A DNA stretch of 64,000 nt from assembly GCA_002269645.1 (NCBI GenBank), contig NIVC01001892.1:1-64000 (forward strand), given 5' to 3'. The DNA comes from Macrostomum lignano. Lineage: Eukaryota. A model generated the notes under the pieces. The model was given only the letters and a program-made list of their open reading frames with translations, was not told the DNA's origin and did not search any database. The translations under genes were made by a program, and so were the position numbers. Shown piece by piece: positions 37,833 through 49,100 of the stretch. Every line of letters starts with the position of its first letter. Position 1 is the first letter of the stretch.

Positions 37833-38164
37833 TGAGGAACTGCGTGTCGTTGGCCACCACCTGCTGCGGAGCAGCCGTGGAGACCTCCGTCTGCTGTCTC
37901 ATCAGCACTCGGAACTGCTCAGTCACCCACACCTCGTCGCCTTCAGCGCCTCCCACGGTTGCTCCGTCCCGGCTGCAGCCGTCGCTCTGGTAGAAGTGCA
38001 CCAGCTGGCAGAGGCGGGTCCTCTGGTTGAAGCTGAGCAGCGCGCACTGCAGCTTGACGCAGAGAGCGGCGCAGTGGCCCAGCGACTTGCCTGCGGCCTC
38101 TTCTGCGGCCTTGGCGGACCCGCGTACAGGTGCAGCCCGGTGATGCCAGCCTCTGCCGAACTCG
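37833..38164 (-). CDS. Exon encoding a PAN/apple domain, upstream of the GRD exon
   Basis: Branch point/acceptor ctgacgcctcAG at 38166-65 and donor GTGAGT at 37832. Open frame EFGRGW...GHCAALCVKLQCALLSFNQRTRLCQLV. Not in the ORF track because it has no start codon. Confidence 0.65.
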
Positions 38165-38184
38165 CTGAGGCGTCAGTTCGGGTT

Positions 38185-41152
38185 GGTGTGAGATGTGGCT
38201 ATTGCTGCAGGTGCAGAGTGAGCTGAGGTGTTGGTGTGAGATGTGGCTATTGCTGCAGGTGCAGAGTGAGCTGGGTTGGTGTGAGATGTGGCTATTGCTG
38301 CAGGTGCAGAGTGAGCTGAGGTGTTGGTGTGAGATGTGGCTTTTGCTGCAGGTGCAGAGTGAGCTGGGTTGGTGTGAGATGTGGCTTTTGCTGCAGGTGC
38401 AGTGTGAGCTGCGGTGTTGGTGTGAGATGTGGCTATTGCTGCAGGTGCAGTGTGAGCTGAGGTGTTGGTGTGAGATGTGGCTATTGCTGCAGGTGCAGAG
38501 TGAGCTGAGGTGTTGGTGTGAGATGTGGCTATTGCTGCAGGTGCAGTGTGAGCTGAGGTGTTGGTGTGAGATGTGGCTTTTGCTGCAGGTGCAGAGTGAG
38601 CTGAGGTGTTGGTGTGAGATGTGGCTTTTGCTGCAGGTGCAGAGTGAGCTGAGGTGTTGGTGTGAGATGTGGCTATTGCTGCAGGTGCAGTGTGAGCTGA
38701 GGTGTTGGTGTGAGATGTGGCTATTGCTGCAGGTGCAGAGTGAGCTGAGGTGTTGGTGTGAGATGTGGCTTTTGCTGCAGGTGCAGAGTGAGCTGAGGTG
38801 TTGGTGTGAGATGTGGCTTTTGCTGCAGGTGCAGAGTGAGCTGAGGTGTTGGTGTGAGATGTGGCTTTTGCTGCAGGTGCAGAGTGAGCTGAGGTGTTGG
38901 TGTGAGATGTGGCTATTGCTGCAGGTGCAGAGTGAGCTGAGGTGTTGGTGTGAGATGTGGCTATTACTGCAGGTGCAGAGTGAGCTGAGGTGTTGGTGTG
39001 AGATGTGGCTTTTGCTGCAGGTGCAGAGTGAGCTGAGGTGTTGGTGTGAGATGTGGCTTTTGCTGCAGGTGCAGAGTGAGCTGAGGTGTTGGTGTGAGAT
39101 GTGGCTATTGCTGCAGGTGCAGTGTGAGCTGAGGTGTTGGTGTGAGATGTGGCTTTTGCTGCAGGTGCAGAGTGAGCTGAGGTGTTGGTGTGAGATGTGG
39201 CTATTGCTGCAGGTGCAGTGTGAGCTGAGGTGTTGGTGTGAGATGTGGCTATTGCTGCAGGTGCAGAGTGAGCTGAGGTGTTGGTGTGAGATGTGGCTTT
39301 TGCTGCAGGTGCAGAGTGAGCTGAGGTGTTGGTGTGAGATGTGGCTATTGCTGCAGGTGCAGAGTGAGCTGAGGTGTTGGTGTGAGATGTGGCTTTTGCT
39401 GCAGGTGCAGAGTGAGCTGAGGTGTTGGTGTGAGATGTGGCTTTTGCTGCAGGTGCAGAGTGAGCTGAGGTGTTGGTGTGAGATGTGGCTTTTGCTGCAG
39501 GTGCAGAGTGAGCTGAGGTGTTGGTGTGAGATGTGGCTATTGCTGCAGGTGCAGAGTGAGCTGAGGTGTTGGTGTGAGATGTGGCTATTACTGCAGGTGC
39601 AGAGTGAGCTGAGGTGTTGGTGTGAGATGTGGCTTTTGCTGCAGGTGCAGAGTGAGCTGAGGTGTTGGTGTGAGATGTGGCTTTTGCTGCAGGTGCAGAG
39701 TGAGCTGAGGTGTTGGTGTGAGATGTGGCTATTGCTGCAGGTGCAGTGTGAGCTGAGGTGTTGGTGTGAGATGTGGCTTTTGCTGCAGGTGCAGTGTGAG
39801 CTGCGGTGTTGGTGTGAGATGTGGCTATTGCTGCAGGTGCAGTGTGAGCTGAGGTGTTGGTGTGAGATGTGGCTATTGCTGCAGGTGCAGAGTGAGCTGA
39901 GGTGTTGGTGTGAGATGTGGCTATTGCTGCAGGTGCAGTGTGAGCTGAGGTGTTGGTGTGAGATGTGGCTTTTGCTGCAGGTGCAGAGTGAGCTGAGGTG
40001 TTGGTGTGAGATGTGGCTTTTGCTGCAGGTGCAGAGTGAGCTGAGGTGTTGGTGTGAGATGTGGCTATTGCTGCAGGTGCAGTGTGAGCTGAGGTGTTGG
40101 TGTGAGATGTGGCTATTGCTGCAGGTGCAGAGTGAGCTGAGGTGTTGGTGTGAGATGTGGCTTTTGCTGCAGGTGCAGAGTGAGCTGAGGTGTTGGTGTG
40201 AGATGTGGCTTTTGCTGCAGGTGCAGAGTGAGCTGAGGTGTTGGTGTGAGATGTGGCTTTTGCTGCAGGTGCAGAGTGAGCTGAGGTGTTGGTGTGAGAT
40301 GTGGCTATTGCTGCAGGTGCAGAGTGAGCTGAGGTGTTGGTGTGAGATGTGGCTATTACTGCAGGTGCAGAGTGAGCTGAGGTGTTGGTGTGAGATGTGG
40401 CTTTTGCTGCAGGTGCAGAGTGAGCTGAGGTGTTGGTGTGAGATGTGGCTTTTGCTGCAGGTGCAGAGTGAGCTGAGGTGTTGGTGTGAGATGTGGCTAT
40501 TGCTGCAGGTGCAGTGTGAGCTGAGGTGTTGGTGTGAGATGTGGCTTTTGCTGCAGGTGCAGAGTGAGCTGAGGTGTTGGTGTGAGATGTGGCTATTGCT
40601 GCAGGTGCAGTGTGAGCTGAGGTGTTGGTGTGAGATGTGGCTTTTGCTGCAGGTGCAGTGTGAGCTGAGGTGTTGGTGTGAGATGTGGCTATTGCTGCAG
40701 GTGCAGAGTGAGCTGAGGTGTTGGTGTGAGATGTGGCTTTTGCTGCAGGTGCAGTGTGAGCTGAGGTGTTGGTGTGAGATGTGGCTTTTGCTGCAGGTGC
40801 AGAGTGAGCTGAGGTGTTGGTGTGAGATGTGGCTTTTGCTGCAGGTGCAGAGTGAGCTGAGGTGTTGGTGTGAGATGTGGCTATTGCTGCAGGTGCAGTG
40901 TGAGCTGAGGTGTTGGTGTGAGATGTGGCTTTTGCTGCAGGTGCAGAGTGAGCTGAGGTGTTGGTGTGAGATGTGGCTATTGCTGCAGGTGCAGTGTGAG
41001 CTGAGGTGTTGGTGTGAGATGTGGCTTTTGCTGCAGGTGCAGTGTGAGCTGAGGTGTTGGTGTGAGATGTGGCTATTGCTGCAGGTGCAGTGTGAGCTGA
41101 GGTGTTGGTGTGAGATGTGGCTTTTGCTGCAGGTGCAGTGTGAGCTGAGGTG
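38185..41152. repeat. 48-bp minisatellite, about 62 copies
   Basis: Unit ggtgtgagatgtggct(a/t)ttgctgcaggtgcag(a/t)gtgagctgaggtgtt, with 44-bp variants at the left end. Source of the spurious 1031-aa ORF. Confidence 0.97.
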
Positions 41153-42407
41153 TCAGTTCCAGCAGTTCCAGCAGATTGCCAGCGCAGACCAGAGCAACTT
41201 TCGATTTAATTTAGCTGTCATGTCTTCTTTTATACCTTGGCATCCCACTGCTGTGGTTAGTCGCTTTCCATTTATTGGATTGCATTAAATTGATTGCAGC
41301 TGCCTGCATCTCTCTGTATATTTTTACTCTCAATTGTATCTCAGGTGCCGACGTCAGTAAGAGATTCTGCTGTCACATGATCGCAGCTCTAATATTTGTT
41401 ATTGATTGCATTTTCACTTGCAGATTCTACCCTTCAAATATGCGATGTGTTTCCTGCTGAGGTTCTGGCAAGCTTTGATTTAAAAGCCTTCCGGATGGCT
41501 TTTTGTGAAGATGTTGTCTGTCGCATTGGTTCTTGAGTATCTTTATCCAGTTTGGAAAGAAAATTCGGCTCAAAGTTTTGTATTTACTCAAAAACGTGAT
41601 CATTTTTATTCGCAGAGATCACAGAGATCACGCTCGAAAACTGTAAGACCAGTCTGCAATCTTATATAGAATTTTTTCTCTCAATCAGTTGTTGATTCCC
41701 TCGTAATGCCCGGAATCTGCAACACGAATTTCTTCGACACTTTAATTTCTTTTTTCGACCTTTTAATGCTCTACTGTCAGTAGAACAAGTAAATCGATCT
41801 TATTTTACATTTCGATCAATAATCGGGTCTTTTGTGCAAAGCGACTGCCTGTCTCCGCAAGGTTGTAGACTGCCTGTCTCCACAGAGTGTTCGTGCATGT
41901 CTGACATGGCTGCGATTCATGCCAGCTTACACAGATAGACCAAACAACACTCGCTCAAGGTGAATGTTTGCAATGAGTTTTTTTCGATTCTGGAAACAGC
42001 CAGACTTAAAGAACCGGGATCTCCGTAGCCCAGGCCCAAAAGGAGGCATTAAATTCCGTGTATACTTTGCCAAGCCTATATTTGTTCTGACATATTTGCC
42101 CCAGCTTTTGCATTGAGATGCCCTTCCTAGCGAGAAAAGCTATCAGCGCGTGAAATCGTCTCGATGACTGACCCGAGCGTGATGGGCAGGCTGTTAATGA
42201 GTTAAATAGTGTTCTACAGCACGGGGCCTATGTAAGCTTCTGTTGACATGGAAACCAAAGAAATAAAGCCGGAGCGCGAGAGCAACCCCCCTCCATTCCT
42301 AGAAATTGGGAATGGATATTGGATATTGGAGAGCGCTTTTATATAAATTCGCTACTGAAAGCCAGAAAACTTCAGAACAGGTCTCTGCATGATCTGAAAA
42401 TCTACTG

Positions 42408-42741
42408 ATGAAGCTTAACTCTCAGCTACCGATCAGCCTGAGTTTGCTAGTCCTGATAGCTGGGTGCTCGGCCTCCAGCTGCCAGCAGCCGCTGCTCAAG
42501 CTGACCAAGAGCTCCGGCTGCGCGGCTGACCCGGGCTCCGCACAGCGGTCTCTGCAGCTGAGTAGCAAGCAGCAGTGCGCGATGTCCTGCGCCAGGCAGA
42601 CCTGGTGCGCAGCGCTGAGCACTGATGAGTTCGACGTCTGCCGACTGTTCACAGCGGAGACCGCGCTGCTCCGCTGGAATGCGTCCTGCCGCGGACAGTC
42701 AGCCATGGTCTTCGGCGACAGGCTGGGCAGCTTTCAGGCCG
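42408..42741 (+). CDS. Secreted PAN-PAN-fibrinogen-domain protein, exon 1 (signal peptide + PAN)
   Basis: MKLNSQLPISLSLLVLIAGCSA signal peptide; QCAMSCARQTWCAAL...CRL. Donor GTGAGC at 42742, phase 1. Confidence 0.8.
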
Positions 42742-42789
42742 GTGAGCAGACCGCTGTTTGAACCAAATATTTACGCTTTTCCAACTGCA

Positions 42790-43590
42790 GCTGGGCGTCG
42801 CCATGAATTCTATGGTAGGTGGCAGACAAAGCCAAGAATGCCAGACATCCACTAAATTGCTACGTTATTTTGAGAATCAGTGTTGTTAGCACTCATTCTG
42901 ACGCCACAGGCACTCATTGTGGCGCTGCAGGCACTCATTTTGACGCTGCAGGCACTCATTTTGGCGCCGCAGGCACTCATTTTGACGCTACAGGCACTCA
43001 TTTTGACGCTGCAGGCACTCATTTTGACGCTGCAGGCACTCATTTTGACGCTGCAGGCACTCATTGTGACGCTGCAGGCACTCATTGTGGCGCTGCAGGC
43101 ACTCATTTTGGCTCTGCAGGCACTCATTGTGGCGCTGATAAGAAGAAAGGAGAAAAGAGAGGAGAGACGAGAAGAGAAAAGGGAAGATAGAAGAGAGGAG
43201 AGAAAAGAAAAGAAAGGAGAGAAGAAAGAAGATGGAGAGAAGAGAGGAGAAAGGAGAAAAGAGAGAATAGAAGAGGGAGAGAAGAGAGGAGAGAAGAGAA
43301 AGGAGAGAAGAGAAGATATAAGAGGGAGAGAAGAGAGAAGAAAAAGGAGAGAAGAGAAGATATAAGAGGGGAGAGAAGGGAGAGGAGGGGAGAGGAGAGA
43401 AAAGATCTTGAGCGGACCGGATCGCTGTTGTGAAGTTTCAAAGGACCCTTTCTCTCTCTCGAATAGAGAGGCTTCGCGGGCACTCATTTTGATGCCGAAA
43501 GAGCTATATTTTGGCACACTGAAGCAGAACGATTGATTTCCATAACGGGTCCCAAGGTGGGGCGGGGGACATTCGCATGTCCCCCTATCG
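42790..43590 (+). mobile_element. Second copy of the TIR element with 21-bp minisatellite and an embedded polypurine tract, in intron 1
   Basis: Starts gggcgtcgccatg. Right part ttgatt.ccataacgggtc.caaggtgggg.gggggaca is shared with 47020-47308. Confidence 0.7.
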
Positions 43591-43629
43591 CTTTTCTGGG
43601 CAAACAGAGAAAATCTTGCACTATTTTAG

Positions 43630-43877
43630 ACTATTTAGCGGCTCGAAACATGACCCGGAAGTGGCTGCTCATCCCAAGCAACTCCGCAAAGATCTTTGCC
43701 GCCTGGCTGCTGCACCAGCCGGCTGCCTCATCGCTCATTGCCTGCGTTGCCAAGTGCAGCGAAGTGCCCGCCTGTCGCGGGATTCTGTTCAATTCCAACT
43801 CCAGCAACTGCTCACTGCTCACCGACTACCCGCTGTGCCGCTGGTTTGAGCGCCCACCGAGCAGCTCTCAGATCTAC
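43630..43877 (+). CDS. PAN-PAN-FBG protein, exon 2 (second PAN)
   Basis: Acceptor ttttAG at 43628-29 (phase 1 matches). SSLIACVAKCSEVPACRGILFNSNSSNCSL. Donor GTGAGA at 43878, phase 0. Confidence 0.8.
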
Positions 43878-43962
43878 GTGAGAGTTGAATCAAATTATTA
43901 GTTATGAGTAGTAAATGAGTGAATTAATGCGTACTGCATGCGTATAAAACTTTCTTACTCAG

Positions 43963-44095
43963 GAATTCTACACGGTGAGGACTCTGCAGTGCTTTGAGAC
44001 GGTCAACCTACGCGTGTCGGACGCGCTCAGCTTCGACCGGCAGTGGGCCGAGTACAGGACCGGCTTCGGTGCTTATCATAGCAACTACTTTGCTG
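43963..44095 (+). CDS. PAN-PAN-FBG protein, exon 3 (start of fibrinogen C-terminal domain)
   Basis: Acceptor ttactcAG at 43961-62. SDALSFDRQWAEYRTGFGAYHSNYFAG matches the FReD motif F.R.W.EY..GFG. Donor GTGAAC at 44096, phase 1. Absent from the ORF track. Confidence 0.82.
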
Positions 44096-44159
44096 GTGAA
44101 CTGAGTTCTACTCATATTTTATTTTAATGCACTACTGACAGCTTCTACTGATAAATGTC

Positions 44160-44475
44160 ATTAGTTAAGGTTAGGGTTGGGGTTTAGGTTATGGGGTTGG
44201 GGTTTAGGTTATGGGTTGGGGTTTAGGTTATGGGGTTGAAGTTTAGGTTATGGAGTTGGGGTTTAGGTTATGGGGTTGGGGTTTAGGTTATGGGGTTGGG
44301 GTTTAGGTTATGGGGTTGGGGTTTAGGTTATGGGGTTGGGGTTTAGGTTATGGGGTTGGGGTTTAGGTTATGGGGTTGGGGTTTAGGTTATGGGGTTGGG
44401 GTTTAGGTTATGGGGTTGGGGTTTAGGTTAAGAGGTTGGGGTTTAGGTTATGGGGTTGGGGTTTAGGTTAGGGTC
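44160..44475. repeat. 20-bp G-rich minisatellite (ggggttggggtttaggttat)
   Basis: Direct reading; intron 3 of the FBG gene. Confidence 0.93.
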
Positions 44476-44483
44476 AGTAATGA

Positions 44484-44785
44484 ATTATTATTATTATTGA
44501 TTACACCGCCCCTATTAGGCCAGATGTACAACCGACAGCTCAGCCGCAGCTATTGCGCGGCGCATCTGAAGGCTGCGTACGGCTGTTCAGTCCAAGGACT
44601 GGGGGGTCGCCACACAGCCTCAATTACCCCAGCTAATGCTGGCACCCATTTTACAGCTGGGTGAACTGAAGCAATGCAGAGTTAAGTGTCTTGCGCAAGG
44701 ACACAAATTGTTCAAATGGGGATCAGGAATCGAACCCTTGACCTTCATGTCGTGAATTCGACGCTCTGACCACTAGGCTACAACC
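44484..44785 (-). mobile_element. tRNA-derived SINE, near full length
   Basis: Reverse complement reads GGTTGTAGCCTAGTGGTCAGAGCGTC...GGTTCGATTCC (A and B boxes), with the same body as the other copies and an (AAT)n tail. Confidence 0.88.
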
Positions 44786-44789
44786 TTCC

Positions 44790-45210
44790 AGGGTTTAGGC
44801 TAGGGTTGGGGTTTAGGTTTGGGTTGGAGATTAGGTTTGGGTTGGGGATTAGGTTTGGCTGGGGATTAGGTTTGGCTGGGGATTAGGTTTGGCTGGGGAT
44901 TAGGTTTTGGTTGGGGATTAGGTTTGGGTTGGAGATTAGGTTTGGGTTGGGGATTAGGTTTGGGTTTGGGATTAGGTTTGGGTTGGAGATTAGGTTTGGG
45001 TTGGGGATTAGGTTTGGGTTGGGGATTAGGTTTGGCTGGGGATTAGGTTTGGGTTGGAGATTAGGTTTGGGTTGGGGATTAGGTTTGGGTTGGGGATTAG
45101 GTTTGGCTGGGGATTAGGTTTGGCTGGGGATTAGGTTTGGCTGGGGATTAGGTTTGGGTTGGGGTTTAGGATATGGTTGGGGTTTAGGTTTGCGTTGGGG
45201 ATTAGGATTA
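44790..45210. repeat. 18-bp G-rich minisatellite (gggttggggattaggttt)
   Basis: Direct reading. Confidence 0.92.
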
Positions 45211-45309
45211 AGCATAATGTTAGTTACATGTAGGTTTAGGGCTAGGTTGGCGGTCAAAATGTTGGCGGTCAAATTGCAGCAGACTCACTCTTCGATGCCT
45301 TGAATCCAG

Positions 45310-45776
45310 GCCTGGAGTGGCTGCACAAGCGTACCGGCGAGCAGCCCAGCAGCAACCGGTTCCGCGTCGACCTGCTGTATTGGAACGACACCTACATCTA
45401 CGCATATTACCTGAACGTTGTCATCCTTTCGGAAATAAAAAACTTCACGGTTGCTGCTTACACCTATCTGAGCGTGTCCGGTGGAGGTCTTGAGGATGAC
45501 CTGTTTGCAGGCCCTGGTGCCCAGTTCTTGACCGGAGATCATGGGGTCAGTCACTGCGGCAGTGCTGTAAGCTGTGCAGCAATCTACCTGCCGCACTGGC
45601 ACGGCTGCTGCCACCGCTCGGGACCGTTCGGCAAATACTTCAACTATCCGACTGCGCTGAATGTCTCTGCAGCTGACAGAGCCAAGGGCATCGTGTGGGC
45701 TCGCAATGCTCCCAGGAACCTGACGGATGGATTTTATTACAGCTTCAAGCAGCTGGAGATTGTCATGCTTACCTGA
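45310..45776 (+). CDS. PAN-PAN-FBG protein, exon 4 (rest of the fibrinogen domain)
   Basis: Acceptor gaatccAG at 45308-09, phase 1. GLEWLHKRT...FRVDLLYW...FLTGD...C...C...WHGCC...GIVW...YSFK. Spliced product 393 aa. Confidence 0.85.
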
Positions 45777-47019
45777 GCAGGTGGAGTGCATGCACATGGT
45801 TATTGGCCAAATTTTTTACGATATTCCTCTTGTGAACTATTTTGTTTAACTACTCACAGTAGCGCAGCAGTTAAAATCCACCGTATTTCAAATTCGCATT
45901 GTAAGGTTCAAGTCACAAAGTCACGGTGTGACGTTCAGCTTCGGCAGAAAAAGCACAAAATGTTTCTGAAAAGCACAAAAATGAAACTTTCTCTAAATGG
46001 CAAAATTGTTTGTTGCTTTTAAATGCTCCGTTTTTTCAAAGTCTCATTTCAGTAACTACTAAAAAGAAAATTTACGCAACCATAAATCGTGTTAAATCTT
46101 TTTGACGGTTGAACTGTAAAATTGCGCATGCAGTCAGGATTTTTTGTTCAGAACTTTGGTCTCATCAAAGATAAATAGAATCTAATGCACGACAAAAGCT
46201 ATCTATTCCCAGGAAAGTACAGAGATAGAGATACGCGCGCAATAGTGTACATCCGTGTGCGTACATACATGCACATGTACATGATAAAGAGGCACCGTGT
46301 GCACTCTGCACAGGAGCATTAAGTAGCCTGTTATTTTTGCATCACCGCAAACCAGAGGAATAGCGGAGATGGCTGCAACTTCTTCCGAGCGAGAGATCAT
46401 AAATGGTCCCAAAGAAACTGCATGTACACATGTTTAGTAGCTCTCGCATGCAATCGCATGCAACATCGGAGATTAAGTTTTGATAATCAGTTCGAACTTG
46501 TTTGAAAAATATTTGATTTCTAAATTTTAGGAAATATAGGCAGTATAGCTATGCTTTTATAAAATTATAATTAAAAAGTCGTGGCCATAAATTGACTCTT
46601 TGCATATGTTATTTGTACATGCATGCTTGGGAAAAAGCTGTTTTACAAACAGATCGACAGAGTTACTAGCACTGTGTATTAAAAGTTTATCAGTGACCTA
46701 GCTGTAATTTAAAGCAATTGAAACTAATTCCTACACTAATTTTTATGCCGATTTTTTTTAGCTATCTCAAATTAAACGAGTACATGCATTTATTAGGTAA
46801 TCGAGTTGCCATGCCTTCGGCTAGCTTTTCAAGAAACGATCGATTTGTGTCCCGTCATAAGCTTGCTCACACCGCCATCAAAATTTTCATAAAATCACAT
46901 GACTAAATTCTTAATGTACATTATTTTCAACTGTACATGTAGTCGAGAAACAGTCACAGCGCACAATGAGAGTCACTGACTGTAGTTGAGGAACAGTCAC
47001 AGCGCACAAACTGAGTCAC

Positions 47020-47308
47020 TCAAAATCGGTGTTGTCAGCACTTATTTTAGCGCCGCAGGCACTCATTTAGCGCCGCAGGCACTCATTTTAGCGCCAAAGC
47101 ACTCCTTTTAGCGCCGCAGACACTCATTTTAGCGCCGCAGGCACTCATTTTAGCGCCGCAGGTATTTATGTTTTGTCGCCCTGCAGCAAAATTATTGATT
47201 ACCATAACGGGTCACAAGGTGGGGTGGGGGACAAAGCATTGGCATCCCCCAGATCTTTTACTGGGGGGACATGTCCCCCCTGTCCCCCCGTTGGCGGTGC
47301 CCCCTGGA
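47020..47308 (+). mobile_element. Third copy (right end) of the TIR element with 21-bp minisatellite
   Basis: Ends tggcggtgcccctggat, the approximate reverse complement of atccaggggcgtcgcca at 35671. Confidence 0.7.
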
Positions 47309-49100
47309 TGCAGCAGTACTTTTACAGGGATAAAAGAGTTGATTAAAATATTGAGGCATATGTCGCACTGCTTCAATCGCTGAGTGATTGCAACTATGGA
47401 GAATTAAAGTGCTTTAGATGACATTGAAAAGGAGTCTATTTACTAAATATAATTCCGATTTTGGCATTTAACAAAGGGCTTGAAGTTCATTGAATGATCC
47501 GGGTTTTTTTGGTCTACTCGTAAATTGCTTTATTTCCTGCAAAAACCGTTTTTTATCTCGTCCGCATTTCGGAGATATTTGGATGAGAATGACGGCGAGA
47601 CTGCCCAGAATATTGCAATACAGTTACGCCACAGATCATTAGTCCATAATGATGATATCATAAGTTATCCTGCCCTAGGCCGTAGGCATATCGTTAGCAT
47701 CAGTAAAGAATCTGGTTTAGGCCTATCAGGCTAGTATCTCCTGCTCCTGTAAATGATAAATCTTCTAGACATTTTAGAGCCCCACTGGCCAGGACCAGGC
47801 TTAAGCCCTACTTATGTTGGTGTGCTTTGTTCAAAAATGCCCAACAATTGTGGTTGTAATTGGGTTTTATGCGCCAGGAAGTAACTACTTGGCATACCAT
47901 AGTCTCTTTAGCCTAGGCCTAGGCCTAGGGCCTAATCTGTTTTGGCCTAGGCCCTGGCCTTATGTCTATGACCTAAACCTAGGCTCCAATATAAATTGGA
48001 GCCTAGGCCTAACTTTAGGGGGCCTATTTATGTTTTGTATGAGGCTAAAGCCATAATGTCATATAGGACATAGGCCCTACTCCCTAGGCCTAGCCATTGG
48101 TACAGATGGTAGGTGGTGGGCCTAGGCTTAGGCCTATGCTTTTTTATAAACACATTGTACACAACACATTATAGTTAGATTTTGATGGCCTAGACCTACC
48201 TCATATTGCACCTTAGCCATAGCTACTAGGCCCTACTTGTACCATAGACTTTTAAAAAGTCTAACCCTAGCCTTGCCTTAATTATTTATAATTTAATAGG
48301 GCCTAGAGGCTTAAGCTTATACCAAATTTTTCAATAAATGTGCATCATTATCATTAGGTTTATTAAATTAAATAATTAGGCCTATTATTAGAAAAAAAGA
48401 GTAGGAGGCCTAAATAATATATATCAAGAGCCAAGAAGGTATATGAAATTTGCTTGCCAAACTTTGCTTGCAAAAAATTTGCTTTTTGAAATTTTGCTTG
48501 CCAAGGTTTACTAGTAGTATGACAATTTAATTGGTAGACACAAAAATGATTAATGAGACAACATGGCAGAGGCACAATTTGTAGTGGTTGCACTTGATGA
48601 CAACTGATATGGGCAATGGCTAGCTCAAACAGTCAATAGGCATGACTGAGGCTTGGCAGAAGCATGGTTTAGAACCGTGGCAGAGTAAGGTGGAGAGAAT
48701 GCAAGCAAACATAGAGTGCCAGGGTGGCAAGAGTCCAAGGAGCCTAAGGCTGGCTAACGAGTAAATAAGTAAGGAGGCCTGAGAAAGGGGGAAACGAGAA
48801 GGCAAGCAGGCAACCCCGATTGCCCTAGCCAGACAGGACTAATGAAGAGTAGGCTGGGGGTGGGTGTGCATAGAGAACTTTATTTCAGGCTAACATAATT
48901 TATATGTGGCTTTTCTATTGGCCAGCAAGAAAAACAGAAATTATTGATTGCCTACTGTACTTAGGCTTTATAAATGTATGCAAGTTATTTAAAATTCTTT
49001 GGCCACTACTTTAAGCAGACATGAGAATATGGGACCATTAAATTGACAATATTACAGATTGGAAGTTGGAACTATATGCTAAAATGCCCTTGATGGGGCT

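Noticed and set aside
38193-41288. 1031-aa (MWLLLQVQSELRCWCE)n ORF
   Set aside because: A triplet-length tandem unit open by chance, lying antisense to the PAN-GRD gene with no unique domain.
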